A DNA stretch of 64,000 nt from a virus (lineage: Duplodnaviria; Heunggongvirae; Uroviricota; Caudoviricetes). Within the stretch, counting starts at the first letter, position 1, and the number at the start of each line of letters is the position of its first letter. Both the position numbers and the translations under genes were made by a program. The DNA lies in IMG/VR virus record IMGVR_UViG_3300044675_003084, positions 1,378 through 65,377 of that record; one strand, 5' to 3'. The notes under the pieces are model-generated. The model was not told the DNA's origin and made no database searches. It saw only the letters and a list, made by a program, of their open reading frames with translations. Below, piece by piece: positions 54,537-64,000 of the stretch.

Positions 54537-55181
54537 TTAAATTGAACCACCATCTATGTTTGTAATTGTTGTTGCATTTGCTGTTCCTGTCACATCTCCA
54601 CTCAAAGTTATTTGAGCCGAACCACTAAATACACCAAGTACATTTACTTGATTTGTTACAGCCGTACTTAATCCAGTAACATTACCGGAATCAATCGAAC
54701 CACTAACTATATGACCACCTTTTGCTACAACTACATAACCACTTCTAGCAGATTCAAATGTAATTGTTATATTATTATTATCGGTATGTCTTAATGTTGA
54801 TGGGATTATTTGGTATCCATCAGTATCAAACACTTGTGCAATTGCGTTAGGTGTACTCAAATTATGATTTACAACCCACGTAGATGATGCAGTAAATGTT
54901 CGTTGAACTGTTGCCGTTTGAGCAATTGTTACGTTTTCTAATGCACTACCATCACCTTTAAAGTACGAAGCGGTAATTGAACCAGTTATATTAAGGTTAC
55001 CCGCTATAGCAGTTGCAGTATTAGTTGTTACTAATGTTTCTACGGAATCAACTGAACCGGATTTTCTAAAGAATACCTTTCCGTCTACAACGTTCATTGC
55101 TATCTCACCATATTGTAATGAGCCAGTGGTAGGTATACTTCCAGGTGTAGTGGACCTTTTAAATTTAATTATTTGTGCCAT
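54537..55181 (-). CDS. Short tail-fibre-like protein with the shared N-terminal anchor motif
   Basis: 'MAQIIKFKRSTTPGSIPTTGSLQYGEIAMNVVDGKVFF' plus one copy of the 'IIPSTL...SARSGYVVVAKGGHIVSGS' module. Confidence 0.5.
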   Translation of the reverse strand: MAQIIKFKRSTTPGSIPTTGSLQYGEIAMNVVDGKVFFRKSGSVDSVETLVTTNTATAIAGNLNITGSITASYFKGDGSALENVTIAQTATVQRTFTASSTWVVNHNLSTPNAIAQVFDTDGYQIIPSTLRHTDNNNITITFESARSGYVVVAKGGHIVSGSIDSGNVTGLSTAVTNQVNVLGVFSGSAQITLSGDVTGTANATTITNIDGGSI

Positions 55182-58100
55182 TATTTTCTACTTTTGTTTT
55201 TAGTTCGTCTACTTGTTTTGTTAATTCTTTAATACCTTCTATTAGTAATGCTACTAACTTATCATATTTAACCGCCTTATAACCATTTTCACGGGTTTGA
55301 ACCAATTCTGGTAATACTGCTTCGATTTCTTGTGCAATTACACCCACATCGTTTCCTATATAAGTATTCTGTATTTCGCTATTCCATACAAAATTATAGC
55401 CACCAATTTTAGATATTTTTTCTAATGGATTAGAAATAGGGCGAATATTGTTTTTTAATCTTATATCTGATGATGAATATGCAATAATATCACCGCCTGC
55501 ATTTATACTACCACCCAATCCAATACCACCTGTTATTACTAATGCACCCGTACCAGTTGTGATTGATGCAGTAGCATTTGTAATTGTAATTGCGTTTGAT
55601 GTAGATGCACCTTGAGTAGTTACTTCTTGTAATGTTTTACTTACTTGTGATGAACCGGATATAACACCATTAGATGCTGATATTGCCCCATTAAATGATG
55701 TTGCTGTTGATGCACCTGTTATTTCGATTGAACCTGTTATTTTAACCGAACCTGTAAATTCATGTGTATCATTATTAAAGTCACCGAATTTATTTGAACC
55801 ACTACTGAATATAACTGATGCGGTTTGATTAACACTCGTTAAGTTTGTTATAGTAAGATTTGCTATAGTAGTTCCATCTAATTGTGAAGAACCACTTACT
55901 ATTCCAGCTGGGATAGAACTAATACCTGCATATGTTATTTGAGAACTTCCACTTACCAATCCGCTTCCACCAAATAGTTGAGATGAACCTGATACAATTC
56001 CTCTACCTGTTGTTTCGTAGGATGAAGTTGCACCATTTAAATTTGAAATATGTGAATCAATCGATGCCGTATAAGTAGCAAGAGTTGAATTCTTAGTATT
56101 TTGTGAAGATGTATATGAGTTTAGTGATGTTAATGGAATTAATCTAGCATCAACACCATTTGTGAAATGTGCAGAACCAGTATCTAATGTAAGAGTAGCT
56201 GAACCACTTTCAGCACCACCACTTAAACCATTACCCGCATTGACTGCAGTAATATCACCCGCTCCAGCCAATACCATTGCATCATCTACATATTCTTTAA
56301 TAGCAAATGCGTTTCCTAATGTATTTGGATTACCATCTGCAATTGAAGATGATACGTGATAAAATGCTGCTGAGCCTAATGATGCTAATGTATTTGCACC
56401 TAATAGGGTGGCAAAAGATGCAGATGGTGCATATAATAAATTATATGAACTTGATAATTGATTTGAACCACTAACTACACCAGTTGGTAATAATGATGGT
56501 ATCTGTGAAGAACCACTAACTATGCCCGCCGGGATTGATGTTAATGATGTATATACTACTTGAGATGAACCACTAACTACACCGGTTGGTAATAATGGAG
56601 TTACTTGAGAACTACCACTAATAATACCTGCGGAAATTGATGATATATCACTATATGTTATTTGTGAACTACCACTAACTACACCGGTTGGTAATAATGA
56701 TGCTATTTGTGAACTACCACTTATAATCCCATTACCTCTTGTTTCGTAAGATGAAGTTGCATTAATTAAAGATGCGGTTACATTTGATAATGTATCCCAT
56801 TTTGTATCATTTGAACCACTATATGTTCCTAACGTTGTATTTTTAGTATCTTGTGAACCAGTATAAGAATTTAAATCACTTAATATACTTACGATTTGTG
56901 CAGATGATGAAACTACTGAATCACCATCAATCATTAAATATCTTAAATCCAATGAACCTGTTACTTGTTGAGAACCACTTACTACGCCTCCTGGTAATAA
57001 TGAAGTCACTTGTGCGGATGATGAAACTATCCCGTCTCCTCCAGCTAAAAGTATTTTTGATTCTAAATCTTTTTTACCACCTATCCAATAATCATTAGTT
57101 GAATCCCATAATAGAGAACCACTAATAAAAGAAGCAGCAGTGGGGTCTTTAACTAACAAACCACCATTTGCTACACCAGTACCATTTAATTCGATGATAT
57201 TATCACCCAATACAATTGCAGTTGAATTAATTGATGTTTGTGTTCCTTCAACTATTAAATTTCCTTTAATCGTTGTAGTTGATGCCGCGTTTTCGCCAGT
57301 AACAGTTATTGCATTTTTTAAAGATTGGGTATACGATAATACTGATGCAGATACATTTAATAGGGTTTCCCATTTAGTATCAACTGAACCGGTATATGTT
57401 CCTAATGTTGTATTTTTAGTATGTTGTGAACCGGTGTAAGAATTTATTTCCGTTATAGATATATCAACCGATGCCGATTTACTTTCTAAATTATCTAAAC
57501 GAATATTACTTGAACCAGATGTTGTTTCTAAATTAGATAATCTAATCAATGCACTACTACTAAACGTATTAAGTGATGCGGATGTAATTTCCAATTTATC
57601 CAACCTACCATCTAAACTTCCACTAATTGTATCAACATATGTTTTAACTGCAAATTGAGTTGGAACTGTATCTTCACCTGTAATTCCTTGTGCGTTTAAT
57701 AAAGTTGTGTTATTACTAACTTCATTTAATACAACACCCACACCTACTCCATTTCTTTTGAATGGGCCGATTGCACTTAATCCTGATAGATTGAATTGAT
57801 TTGCGTCAATTGTAACTTCTCCGGTTAATTGATTTACTGCGAAGAAATCACCAATTTTTAAATTACCTATATTGTCAACTGTTGAATAAAATACTCTACC
57901 TGGAGCATATTCAACAATTTCTTTTGTTCTATTTGGAACTCCACCGAATTTTGGAAGTGCGTTATATGTTACACCACTACCAACATATTCCATTACTAAT
58001 CCACCCGTTGAGATGTTTGATAATTGGTGGAAATAAACATTATTTCCAGTTGTAATTGAAGGTGGTGCAGGATAAACTGTTACATATCTTTCATTTGCCG

Positions 58101-60165
58101 AACTACCCGTTGCAACATTTGTTACTAAATAGTCAGTTCCGTTTAAAATCATATTTGAAGAAACATCCACACCTCTACTTCCACTTTCTAATTGGAATAA
58201 TATTGCGGCAATACCACTAATATTTGCTTTACCTGCAATTGTTGTAGCTTGAATTGCACCTGCACCTGTTGGTGCTGCTATTACAACATTTGGTTGAGAT
58301 GTATATCCACTACCAGGAGTTAAAATTACAATTTCATTAATTGAACCATTTGCATTAACAGTTGCTTCTGCAGTTGCTTGAACACTTGCTCCTCCGCCAC
58401 TAATAGTCACACTTGCAACTGAACCCGTATAACCTGCTCCGTCTTGGTCAATAACGGCACCAACTACTGTGGATGTCAATGTTTGTAACGATGAGCCCGA
58501 ATTATATGTTTGAGGGAAATATGTTTTAGATACTAATCCTTCTTTACCAAAATCTATTACTGAATTTGAAATATTTGCAAAACCACCATTCGCTACTTTG
58601 AAACCATAAGTACAGAATGTAGTAAAGCAAGATACAAATTGTGCATATCCTTTATTGATTACCAAGTGACCAGGTCCACCCTGATTAACTTGAGTAAATG
58701 CATCTGCTACAAACGATTCTAATGGTGATGAACCACTTACTAAGTTACCATCGATTCTAATACCACCACCAGCTCCTTGTTCATCTATTATACCTGAACC
58801 AATTACTGCATTAGATGCATTTCGTACATCATTTATGTTATATGGAAGTGGTGCGTAATTTGGGCTAGCTGGATTTAAAGATAAAGCTATACCATCCGTT
58901 GTTATAGGTCCTGTTATTGATGAACAATTCTGAATATATGGTGATGTTCCAATAAGTGGTCTTTTTGATGTTGGTGCTTGAATTGATATATGTGGTTTTT
59001 CACCTGCAACATATCCACTACCATTACTTACCATATTAATTGAAAGATTGCCTCCACTTACAGTTGCCGTTGCAGTTGCAACACTTCCGTTTGCATCAGG
59101 TCCTTCTATAATTACATTAACACTCTCACCATCAACATATCCACTTTCGGTATGTACCATTGTCAATCCACTTACACCGCCACCACTTATTGTACCAGTT
59201 GCAGTAGAACATGGGAATGAAAATGCGAATGCAGGATATTTTAAATCTAAAAATCTCAAACCATAAAAATAGTTTGAATCGTGTACATGAAAGAAATCTT
59301 TTGTTGGATTTGATGGAGTTAATCTTACCGTTCTTAATGTATCACCAACAATTGCAACTCCGGGTGGAACTGCTATTGGATTGTTTTCGGTATAATTACC
59401 ACTACCTACAAAAATTGTAGTTCTTTGTATATTTGATGCAATTGCTGAACCTAAAGATTGAACTGCTGCTTTAATTGTTTTATATGGATTATGTTCAGTA
59501 CCATGTGGAACACTACCTGTTGTATCAGTTCCTTCAGGAGAAACATATAATCTTTTAGAACCAGACATTGCTGCTTCTAATAAATCCATTCTACCTTCGT
59601 GATTAGAACCAGTCGATTCTGCTTTATCTAATCTTAAATTTACTGAACCAGTATAATTTGCTAAAGTTATATTTTTTGTATCAACACTCCCAGTATATAA
59701 ATCAAATGAAATACCAGATGATGATAAAATACCACTTCCTGGTACTAATATACTATCTATTGATGCAGAAACTGCATATAAATTTTTCCATTTTTTATCT
59801 GAAGCACCTAAATCAAATGCGTTGTTATTATTTGGTATAATTGATGAACTTAAATCTGCAACAATTACTATATTATCAGTAGTAGCATCATCACCTAATG
59901 TAATTAACCCACCACCAAATGAAATATTACCTGCTACAGTAGCGTTTCCAGTTAAATTTAAACTCGATGCAGAGATATTACCAACTAAATTTATGTTACC
60001 ATTTACAGGTGCATTTAGTGGTAATAGTGTGTATTCAATTACACTAGCAGATGAACTTGAACCACTACCAAATTGAATAGAACCAACCCCATTATTTAAA
60101 TATAATTCACCCTCCGATAAATCAATCGAACCGGAGCCTCTTCGTAATTGTAATATTGCAGCCAT
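55165..60165 (-). CDS. Giant tail fibre protein (1666 aa) with VSGSSQ repeats and C-terminal S74-like intramolecular chaperone
   Basis: N-terminus 'MAAILQLRRGSGSIDLSEGELYLNNGVG', tandem 'LLPTGVVSGSSQ(I/V)' repeats, shared 'GDNIIELNGTGVANGGLLVKD...SLLWDSTNDYW' module, and C-terminus 'AYSSSDIRLKNNIRPI...GVIAQEIEAVLPELV...YKAVKYDKLVALLIEGIKEL'. Confidence 0.7.
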   Translation of the reverse strand: MAAILQLRRGSGSIDLSEGELYLNNGVGSIQFGSGSSSSASVIEYTLLPLNAPVNGNINLVGNISASSLNLTGNATVAGNISFGGGLITLGDDATTDNIVIVADLSSSIIPNNNNAFDLGASDKKWKNLYAVSASIDSILVPGSGILSSSGISFDLYTGSVDTKNITLANYTGSVNLRLDKAESTGSNHEGRMDLLEAAMSGSKRLYVSPEGTDTTGSVPHGTEHNPYKTIKAAVQSLGSAIASNIQRTTIFVGSGNYTENNPIAVPPGVAIVGDTLRTVRLTPSNPTKDFFHVHDSNYFYGLRFLDLKYPAFAFSFPCSTATGTISGGGVSGLTMVHTESGYVDGESVNVIIEGPDANGSVATATATVSGGNLSINMVSNGSGYVAGEKPHISIQAPTSKRPLIGTSPYIQNCSSITGPITTDGIALSLNPASPNYAPLPYNINDVRNASNAVIGSGIIDEQGAGGGIRIDGNLVSGSSPLESFVADAFTQVNQGGPGHLVINKGYAQFVSCFTTFCTYGFKVANGGFANISNSVIDFGKEGLVSKTYFPQTYNSGSSLQTLTSTVVGAVIDQDGAGYTGSVASVTISGGGASVQATAEATVNANGSINEIVILTPGSGYTSQPNVVIAAPTGAGAIQATTIAGKANISGIAAILFQLESGSRGVDVSSNMILNGTDYLVTNVATGSSANERYVTVYPAPPSITTGNNVYFHQLSNISTGGLVMEYVGSGVTYNALPKFGGVPNRTKEIVEYAPGRVFYSTVDNIGNLKIGDFFAVNQLTGEVTIDANQFNLSGLSAIGPFKRNGVGVGVVLNEVSNNTTLLNAQGITGEDTVPTQFAVKTYVDTISGSLDGRLDKLEITSASLNTFSSSALIRLSNLETTSGSSNIRLDNLESKSASVDISITEINSYTGSQHTKNTTLGTYTGSVDTKWETLLNVSASVLSYTQSLKNAITVTGENAASTTTIKGNLIVEGTQTSINSTAIVLGDNIIELNGTGVANGGLLVKDPTAASFISGSLLWDSTNDYWIGGKKDLESKILLAGGDGIVSSSAQVTSLLPGGVVSGSQQVTGSLDLRYLMIDGDSVVSSSAQIVSILSDLNSYTGSQDTKNTTLGTYSGSNDTKWDTLSNVTASLINATSSYETRGNGIISGSSQIASLLPTGVVSGSSQITYSDISSISAGIISGSSQVTPLLPTGVVSGSSQVVYTSLTSIPAGIVSGSSQIPSLLPTGVVSGSNQLSSSYNLLYAPSASFATLLGANTLASLGSAAFYHVSSSIADGNPNTLGNAFAIKEYVDDAMVLAGAGDITAVNAGNGLSGGAESGSATLTLDTGSAHFTNGVDARLIPLTSLNSYTSSQNTKNSTLATYTASIDSHISNLNGATSSYETTGRGIVSGSSQLFGGSGLVSGSSQITYAGISSIPAGIVSGSSQLDGTTIANLTITNLTSVNQTASVIFSSGSNKFGDFNNDTHEFTGSVKITGSIEITGASTATSFNGAISASNGVISGSSQVSKTLQEVTTQGASTSNAITITNATASITTGTGALVITGGIGLGGSINAGGDIIAYSSSDIRLKNNIRPISNPLEKISKIGGYNFVWNSEIQNTYIGNDVGVIAQEIEAVLPELVQTRENGYKAVKYDKLVALLIEGIKELTKQVDELKTKVENNGTNN
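55236..55374. repeat. Dispersed repeat: S74-chaperone-domain coding segment (copy 2)
   Basis: See copy 1. Confidence 0.7.
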
Positions 60166-60191
60166 TAATTAAGATTTCCTATTTTATTTCC

Positions 60192-60201
60192 TATAAATAT
60201 A
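60192..60201 (-). promoter_or_regulatory. Late-class TATAAATAT box upstream of the giant fibre gene (representative of nine or more copies)
   Basis: The same box occurs at 24490-24501, 27911-27920, 35797-35813, 44545-44554, 45578-45595, 48905-48921, 50233-50243, 54509-54520 and 60192-60201, each 10-40 nt upstream of a late/structural gene start. Variants sit at 30067-30077 and 46171-46183. Confidence 0.4.
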
Positions 60202-60271
60202 GACATTTAATAAAATGTAAGTGAGATATAATAATTATACCACCTATATAAGTATTGAAAAACAAAAAGAT

Positions 60272-60302
60272 AAAAAAAATCCCCCACTATTGTGAGGGAT
60301 TT
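60272..60302 (-). terminator. Intrinsic terminator downstream of the 1157-aa fibre gene
   Basis: aatcccccac-tat-tgtgagggatt stem preceded by aaaaaaaa on plus. Confidence 0.5.
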
Positions 60303-60323
60303 TGATTTTTTATTTATTCCTTA

Positions 60324-63300
60324 TTAGAAAGTTCCACCATCTAATTCGTTTGATGCAACGAATGATGAACCATTCCATTGAATCAAATCACCAGCGTTTG
60401 ATGGAGTTACTGAAATTAACTTCTTAGAACCATTCGATACTACGAATGAGTTAGCAGTTAATCCACTAATTATCAAATCAGTTCCGATAGTTACTTTAAC
60501 AGCATCATCAGAAATTTGAGAATTTACAAATAATCCACCGGCTCCTATTACTTGAACTGAACCTGATGTTGGAGTTGCGTTGAATCTAGCAACTTCTTTT
60601 TCAGAACCTGCTGCTCCAGCTTTCCAGTAATCATTTGTAGTATCCCATAATAGAGAACCTGAAGTAGTCGAACCACCTGTTACGTCTCTTACTAATAATC
60701 CACCATTTGCTGCTCCACTTCCGTTCAATTCGATGATATTATCACCAATTTGTACCGTTGTAGAATCAACTGTTGTAGTTGTACCTTGAACAAATAGATT
60801 ACCAGCAATTGTTACTGAATCTGCAGATGAATTACCTAAGAAAACATTACCATTTGCAGTTAATGAACCGGAAATCGTTACGTCATCAGGTAACCCAATA
60901 GTTACTGTCCCACCTGAACCTAAAGTAATCGAACCACCTGTGATTTCAATTTCATTAGCTGTTCCTTGAACTGTCAATGAAGTATTACCTTCTACTGCAG
61001 TACCAGATGTTGAACCATAATCCACTTTTAATGAATTATCAACTCCATCTAAAGAAAGACCAGTTCCTGCAACATCAGCGTTTAAAGTTGCGGCGTTTAC
61101 ACCACCTGCTTTAATTGCAACGTTACCAGAAGTTACACCGAAATTAGTAGCATCAAATGAAGCAACACCCTTTGCAGATGTACTAGCATTATCAGCTGTA
61201 ATTGTGATTGTATTATCGGTTACTGCTGCAGATATTGAATTTGAACCTGTTACTAATAAAGCTTCAGTTTTCAAATTAAGTGTATCGTTACCAGTAGAAC
61301 CACTAAATGCCAATGTAGATGCAATACCTGTCAATTGAGAACCATCACCTTTGAATGAACCACTAAATGAACCACTTGCAGATACACTTGTTAATGTTGC
61401 AAGATTGATTGTAGTTGAATCCAATTGTGAAGAACCAGAAATTACACCATTTGTTGCCTTTATTCCTCCGTAAATATTAACACCATATATGTCTTTATAT
61501 CTTTTAGTATCAGAACCCAAATCAAATGAGTTATCATTATTTGGTATAATTGATGAACTTAAATCTGCGTTTACTACTAAATTATCAGTTGGATTATCAC
61601 CTATTGTGATTGTACCACCTAATACTAAGTTACCATCTATATTTGCATTTCCTGTAATATTTAGAGTTGAACCTGAGATTACTCCAAAACTTACATTTTG
61701 ACCTGCTAACGATGCTACTGTTTGTGTAGAACCAGAAATCACACCCGTTGGTAATAATGCAGTTACTTGTGTACTTCCACTAACAATACCAGCTGGGATT
61801 GAAGAGATATCTGCGTATGCAATTTGTGATGAACCCGATACTGTTCCTGCCGGTAATAATCCTAAAAGTGAACCAGAAACTACCGCATCAGCATTTAATT
61901 TATCTTTAACATTTTCATCAAAATTAGTAATTGAATTTGCGTTTACTTGAGATGAACCACTAATTACTGTCTCAGCATCTAATTTAGTTTTAACTCTTGC
62001 ATCAGTATAGTAAAGATATCCCGAATCTTCTCCTACCATTGAAGTATTGAAAGAACCAGAATTTGTATTTACTAAATTAATTTGAGATGAACCACTTACT
62101 AATCCTGCTGGTTTTCCAACTATATTTGCAAAAGTTGGAGCCCCTGCTGCTACTGATGAACTTATTGCTGTTGCTACTGAACTACTATAATCAGTAAATC
62201 CAGTTGTAGAAGAAATTGTAATTTGAGATGAACCCGAAACTACTGAATCGCCACCTACTAAAAGAATTTTAATTTCAGAATCTTTAACTCCAGCCTTCCA
62301 GTAATCATTTGTAGTATCCCACAATAGAGAACCAGTTGCAGTGTTTGGTGCGGTTGCATCTTTTACATATAAACCACCATTTGCTGCTGCCGAACCATTT
62401 AATTCGATAATATTATCACCGATTTGAACCGTTGTAGAATCTACAATAGTTTGTGTTCCTGCTACTGTAAAGTTACCAGGAATAGTTACATTACCACTAA
62501 ATGTTACATTTGCACCACTTGCAGTAAATGCTGCTCTTAATGATGAAGTGTAATTTTGAATATTATCTAATGAAGATGAAGCCGATGCACTGAATGTATT
62601 TAATGCACCTAATATACCAACTATTTGAGATGAGCCTGAAACTACTGTCTCAGCATTTAATTTATCTTTAACATTTTCATCAAAGTTAGTAATTGAATCC
62701 GCATTTACTTGAGATGAACCAGAAACAGTCCCCGTTGGTAATAATGGAACGATACCTGCTGAACCTGAGATTACTCCATCAGCGTTTAATTTATCTTTAA
62801 CGTTTGTATCAAAATTAGTAATTGAATCTGCATTTACTTGTGCAGAACTACTTACTATACCACTCGGTATAGAAGAAATATCTGCGTATGTAATTTGTGA
62901 AGAACCAGAAACTATACCATTTGTAGCGTTAATTGCTCCGTATAGGTTAGTTGCATAAACATTAGCGAATAATTTACTAGCAGAACCTAAACTACGAACA
63001 TTAGACCCAGAAGGTATAATATCTGATGCTAAATCTGCTGTGAATGATACTGTATCAGTTGTAGCATCACCAATTGTGATATTACCACCAATTACTACGT
63101 TACCATCAATTTTAGCGTTTCCTGTGATATTCAAAGATGAACCTGAAATACCAGCAAGATTTAAGTCTGAACCTGATAAGTTTGCAACTATTTGAGATGA
63201 ACCACTTACAATACCTGCTGGTTTAGATGCAATATTATCCCAAGTCGTTTGAGTAATCGAACCACTAATTACATATCTTAAATCGTATGAAGATGTTAAT

Positions 63301-63797
63301 TGAGATGAACCACTTAATGTACCTGTTGGTAATAATGGAGTTACTTGAGAACTACCACTAACAATACCTGCTGGGATTGCTGTTATATGTTCGTATGTAA
63401 TTTGATTTGAACCACTAACCGTACCGAATGGTAATAATGAAAGTACTTGTGTAGAACCGGAAACAATTCCTGTTCCACCAGTATTTGCTGTTGTTTTTAC
63501 TTCAACATTACCACCCTTATTAAGTATATATAGTTTATTATCGTCTGTATCGTAGAATGGTATACCATCGATAGAAGTATCGTAAGAACCTCCAGTTAAA
63601 TTTGGAACGGTTGTACCTTGTAAAATTTTATTTGCGGGGGTTACTGTTGAACCGTCAACGCCTACAAATAAGATAGACCCACCATTAGTTGCTGTGATTC
63701 CCGCCGAACCCGTTACTACTAATAATTCACCTGCCCTCTTTGTAGCACTAGAAACTGATTCTAACGAACCCCTCCTATGTTTAATTATTTGTGCCAT
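60324..63797 (-). CDS. Tail fibre protein (1157 aa) with duplicated internal module
   Basis: N-terminus 'MAQIIKHRRGSLESV...'. Two copies of 'VDSTTVQIGDNIIELNGS(A/G)AANGGL(Y/L)V(K/R)D...SGSLLWDTTNDYWKAG'. Repeated 'ADSITNFD(T/E)NVKDKLNA' and 'VSGSSQ' units. Confidence 0.6.
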   Translation of the reverse strand: MAQIIKHRRGSLESVSSATKRAGELLVVTGSAGITATNGGSILFVGVDGSTVTPANKILQGTTVPNLTGGSYDTSIDGIPFYDTDDNKLYILNKGGNVEVKTTANTGGTGIVSGSTQVLSLLPFGTVSGSNQITYEHITAIPAGIVSGSSQVTPLLPTGTLSGSSQLTSSYDLRYVISGSITQTTWDNIASKPAGIVSGSSQIVANLSGSDLNLAGISGSSLNITGNAKIDGNVVIGGNITIGDATTDTVSFTADLASDIIPSGSNVRSLGSASKLFANVYATNLYGAINATNGIVSGSSQITYADISSIPSGIVSSSAQVNADSITNFDTNVKDKLNADGVISGSAGIVPLLPTGTVSGSSQVNADSITNFDENVKDKLNAETVVSGSSQIVGILGALNTFSASASSSLDNIQNYTSSLRAAFTASGANVTFSGNVTIPGNFTVAGTQTIVDSTTVQIGDNIIELNGSAAANGGLYVKDATAPNTATGSLLWDTTNDYWKAGVKDSEIKILLVGGDSVVSGSSQITISSTTGFTDYSSSVATAISSSVAAGAPTFANIVGKPAGLVSGSSQINLVNTNSGSFNTSMVGEDSGYLYYTDARVKTKLDAETVISGSSQVNANSITNFDENVKDKLNADAVVSGSLLGLLPAGTVSGSSQIAYADISSIPAGIVSGSTQVTALLPTGVISGSTQTVASLAGQNVSFGVISGSTLNITGNANIDGNLVLGGTITIGDNPTDNLVVNADLSSSIIPNNDNSFDLGSDTKRYKDIYGVNIYGGIKATNGVISGSSQLDSTTINLATLTSVSASGSFSGSFKGDGSQLTGIASTLAFSGSTGNDTLNLKTEALLVTGSNSISAAVTDNTITITADNASTSAKGVASFDATNFGVTSGNVAIKAGGVNAATLNADVAGTGLSLDGVDNSLKVDYGSTSGTAVEGNTSLTVQGTANEIEITGGSITLGSGGTVTIGLPDDVTISGSLTANGNVFLGNSSADSVTIAGNLFVQGTTTTVDSTTVQIGDNIIELNGSGAANGGLLVRDVTGGSTTSGSLLWDTTNDYWKAGAAGSEKEVARFNATPTSGSVQVIGAGGLFVNSQISDDAVKVTIGTDLIISGLTANSFVVSNGSKKLISVTPSNAGDLIQWNGSSFVASNELDGGTF

Positions 63798-64000
63798 TTA
63801 TTTTTTCCTTTTTTAGTTTTTTTTGTTAATCGAAACCTTAATTATTTTTTAAAGGACATGTGCCTAATGAATTTAACACTATATAGTGTTATTTAAGTAT
63901 AAGTATAAAGATATTTTAGATTTATTAAATTGGACCGGCATCAATCGTAAAAGAACCTGAAGAAATTATATATTCTACTCCACTTTGAAAATGTAAAGAG

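Noticed and set aside
2668-59840. Numerous plus-strand ORFs in the six-frame track (for example 2957..3154, 8929..9174, 21382..21852, 28366..28971, 32341..32757, 36595..37008, 46426..46812)
   Set aside because: All lie entirely inside long minus-strand genes with clear homology. Their translations are low-complexity Leu/Phe/Ile/Ser-rich strings typical of antisense reading of AT-rich coding DNA, and none has a motif or a sensible upstream signal. They are treated as shadow ORFs.
44545-60201. Identity of the TATAAATAT box with the T4 late promoter TATAAATA
   Set aside because: Relative to the minus-strand genes the conserved sequence reads ATATTTATA on the coding strand, so it is not the T4 late element in the functional orientation. 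It is kept as a phage-specific late motif without claiming gp55-type recognition.
1-64000. CRISPR array, tRNA or rRNA genes
   Set aside because: No regularly spaced short direct repeats with unique spacers were seen. Intergenic regions are short and AT-rich, with no GC-rich cloverleaf-like segment, and no rRNA-like conserved stretches.

Overview
The window is AT-rich (roughly one-third GC by eye) and every convincing gene lies on the minus strand, so it looks like a contiguous stretch of a large tailed phage. The whole gene set is myovirus-like in outline, but the host-type promoter motifs, the SusC-like receptor and codon usage point to a Bacteroidetes/Flavobacteriia host.

Coordinates 1-27900 hold a T4-type replication and nucleotide-metabolism module: clamp-loader subunit (partial at the window edge), sliding clamp, family-B DNA polymerase, class I ribonucleotide reductase alpha/beta with a thioredoxin, DnaB-like helicase, FEN/RNase H-type 5'-3' nuclease, RecA/UvsX recombinase and a gp32-like SSB. 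Interleaved with these are accessory genes: a full-length TonB-dependent outer-membrane receptor (SusC-like), two 2OG-Fe(II) oxygenases, two paralogous SPPY-motif DNA methyltransferase-like proteins, and a translationally coupled cassette of a PLP-fold-like protein, an AsnB-type glutamine amidotransferase and a thymidylate-synthase-fold pyrimidine hydroxymethylase-like protein.

Coordinates 27900-35800 are an accessory island: a lectin-like paralog pair with a duplicated N-terminal cassette, a secreted DRGH nuclease, a family-A-polymerase-like palm protein, an SPFH/band-7 protein, a small membrane protein, a SWIM zinc-finger protein and a PhyH-like oxygenase.

Coordinates 35800-63800 are a contractile-tail module: baseplate proteins, a LysM-type tail protein X, tape measure, chaperone-like ORFs, tube, sheath, a GT-B glycosyltransferase, and five consecutive tail-fibre genes that share modules, two of them ending in S74-type intramolecular-chaperone domains.

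Two conserved upstream motif classes are visible. Early and replication genes carry a Bacteroidetes sigma-A-like TTTG...TAnnTTTG promoter. Late and structural genes carry a TATAAATAT box. Several intrinsic terminators are present.

No tRNA, rRNA, CRISPR array or integrase was seen. The plus-strand ORFs in the supplied track are shadow ORFs lying inside minus-strand genes.
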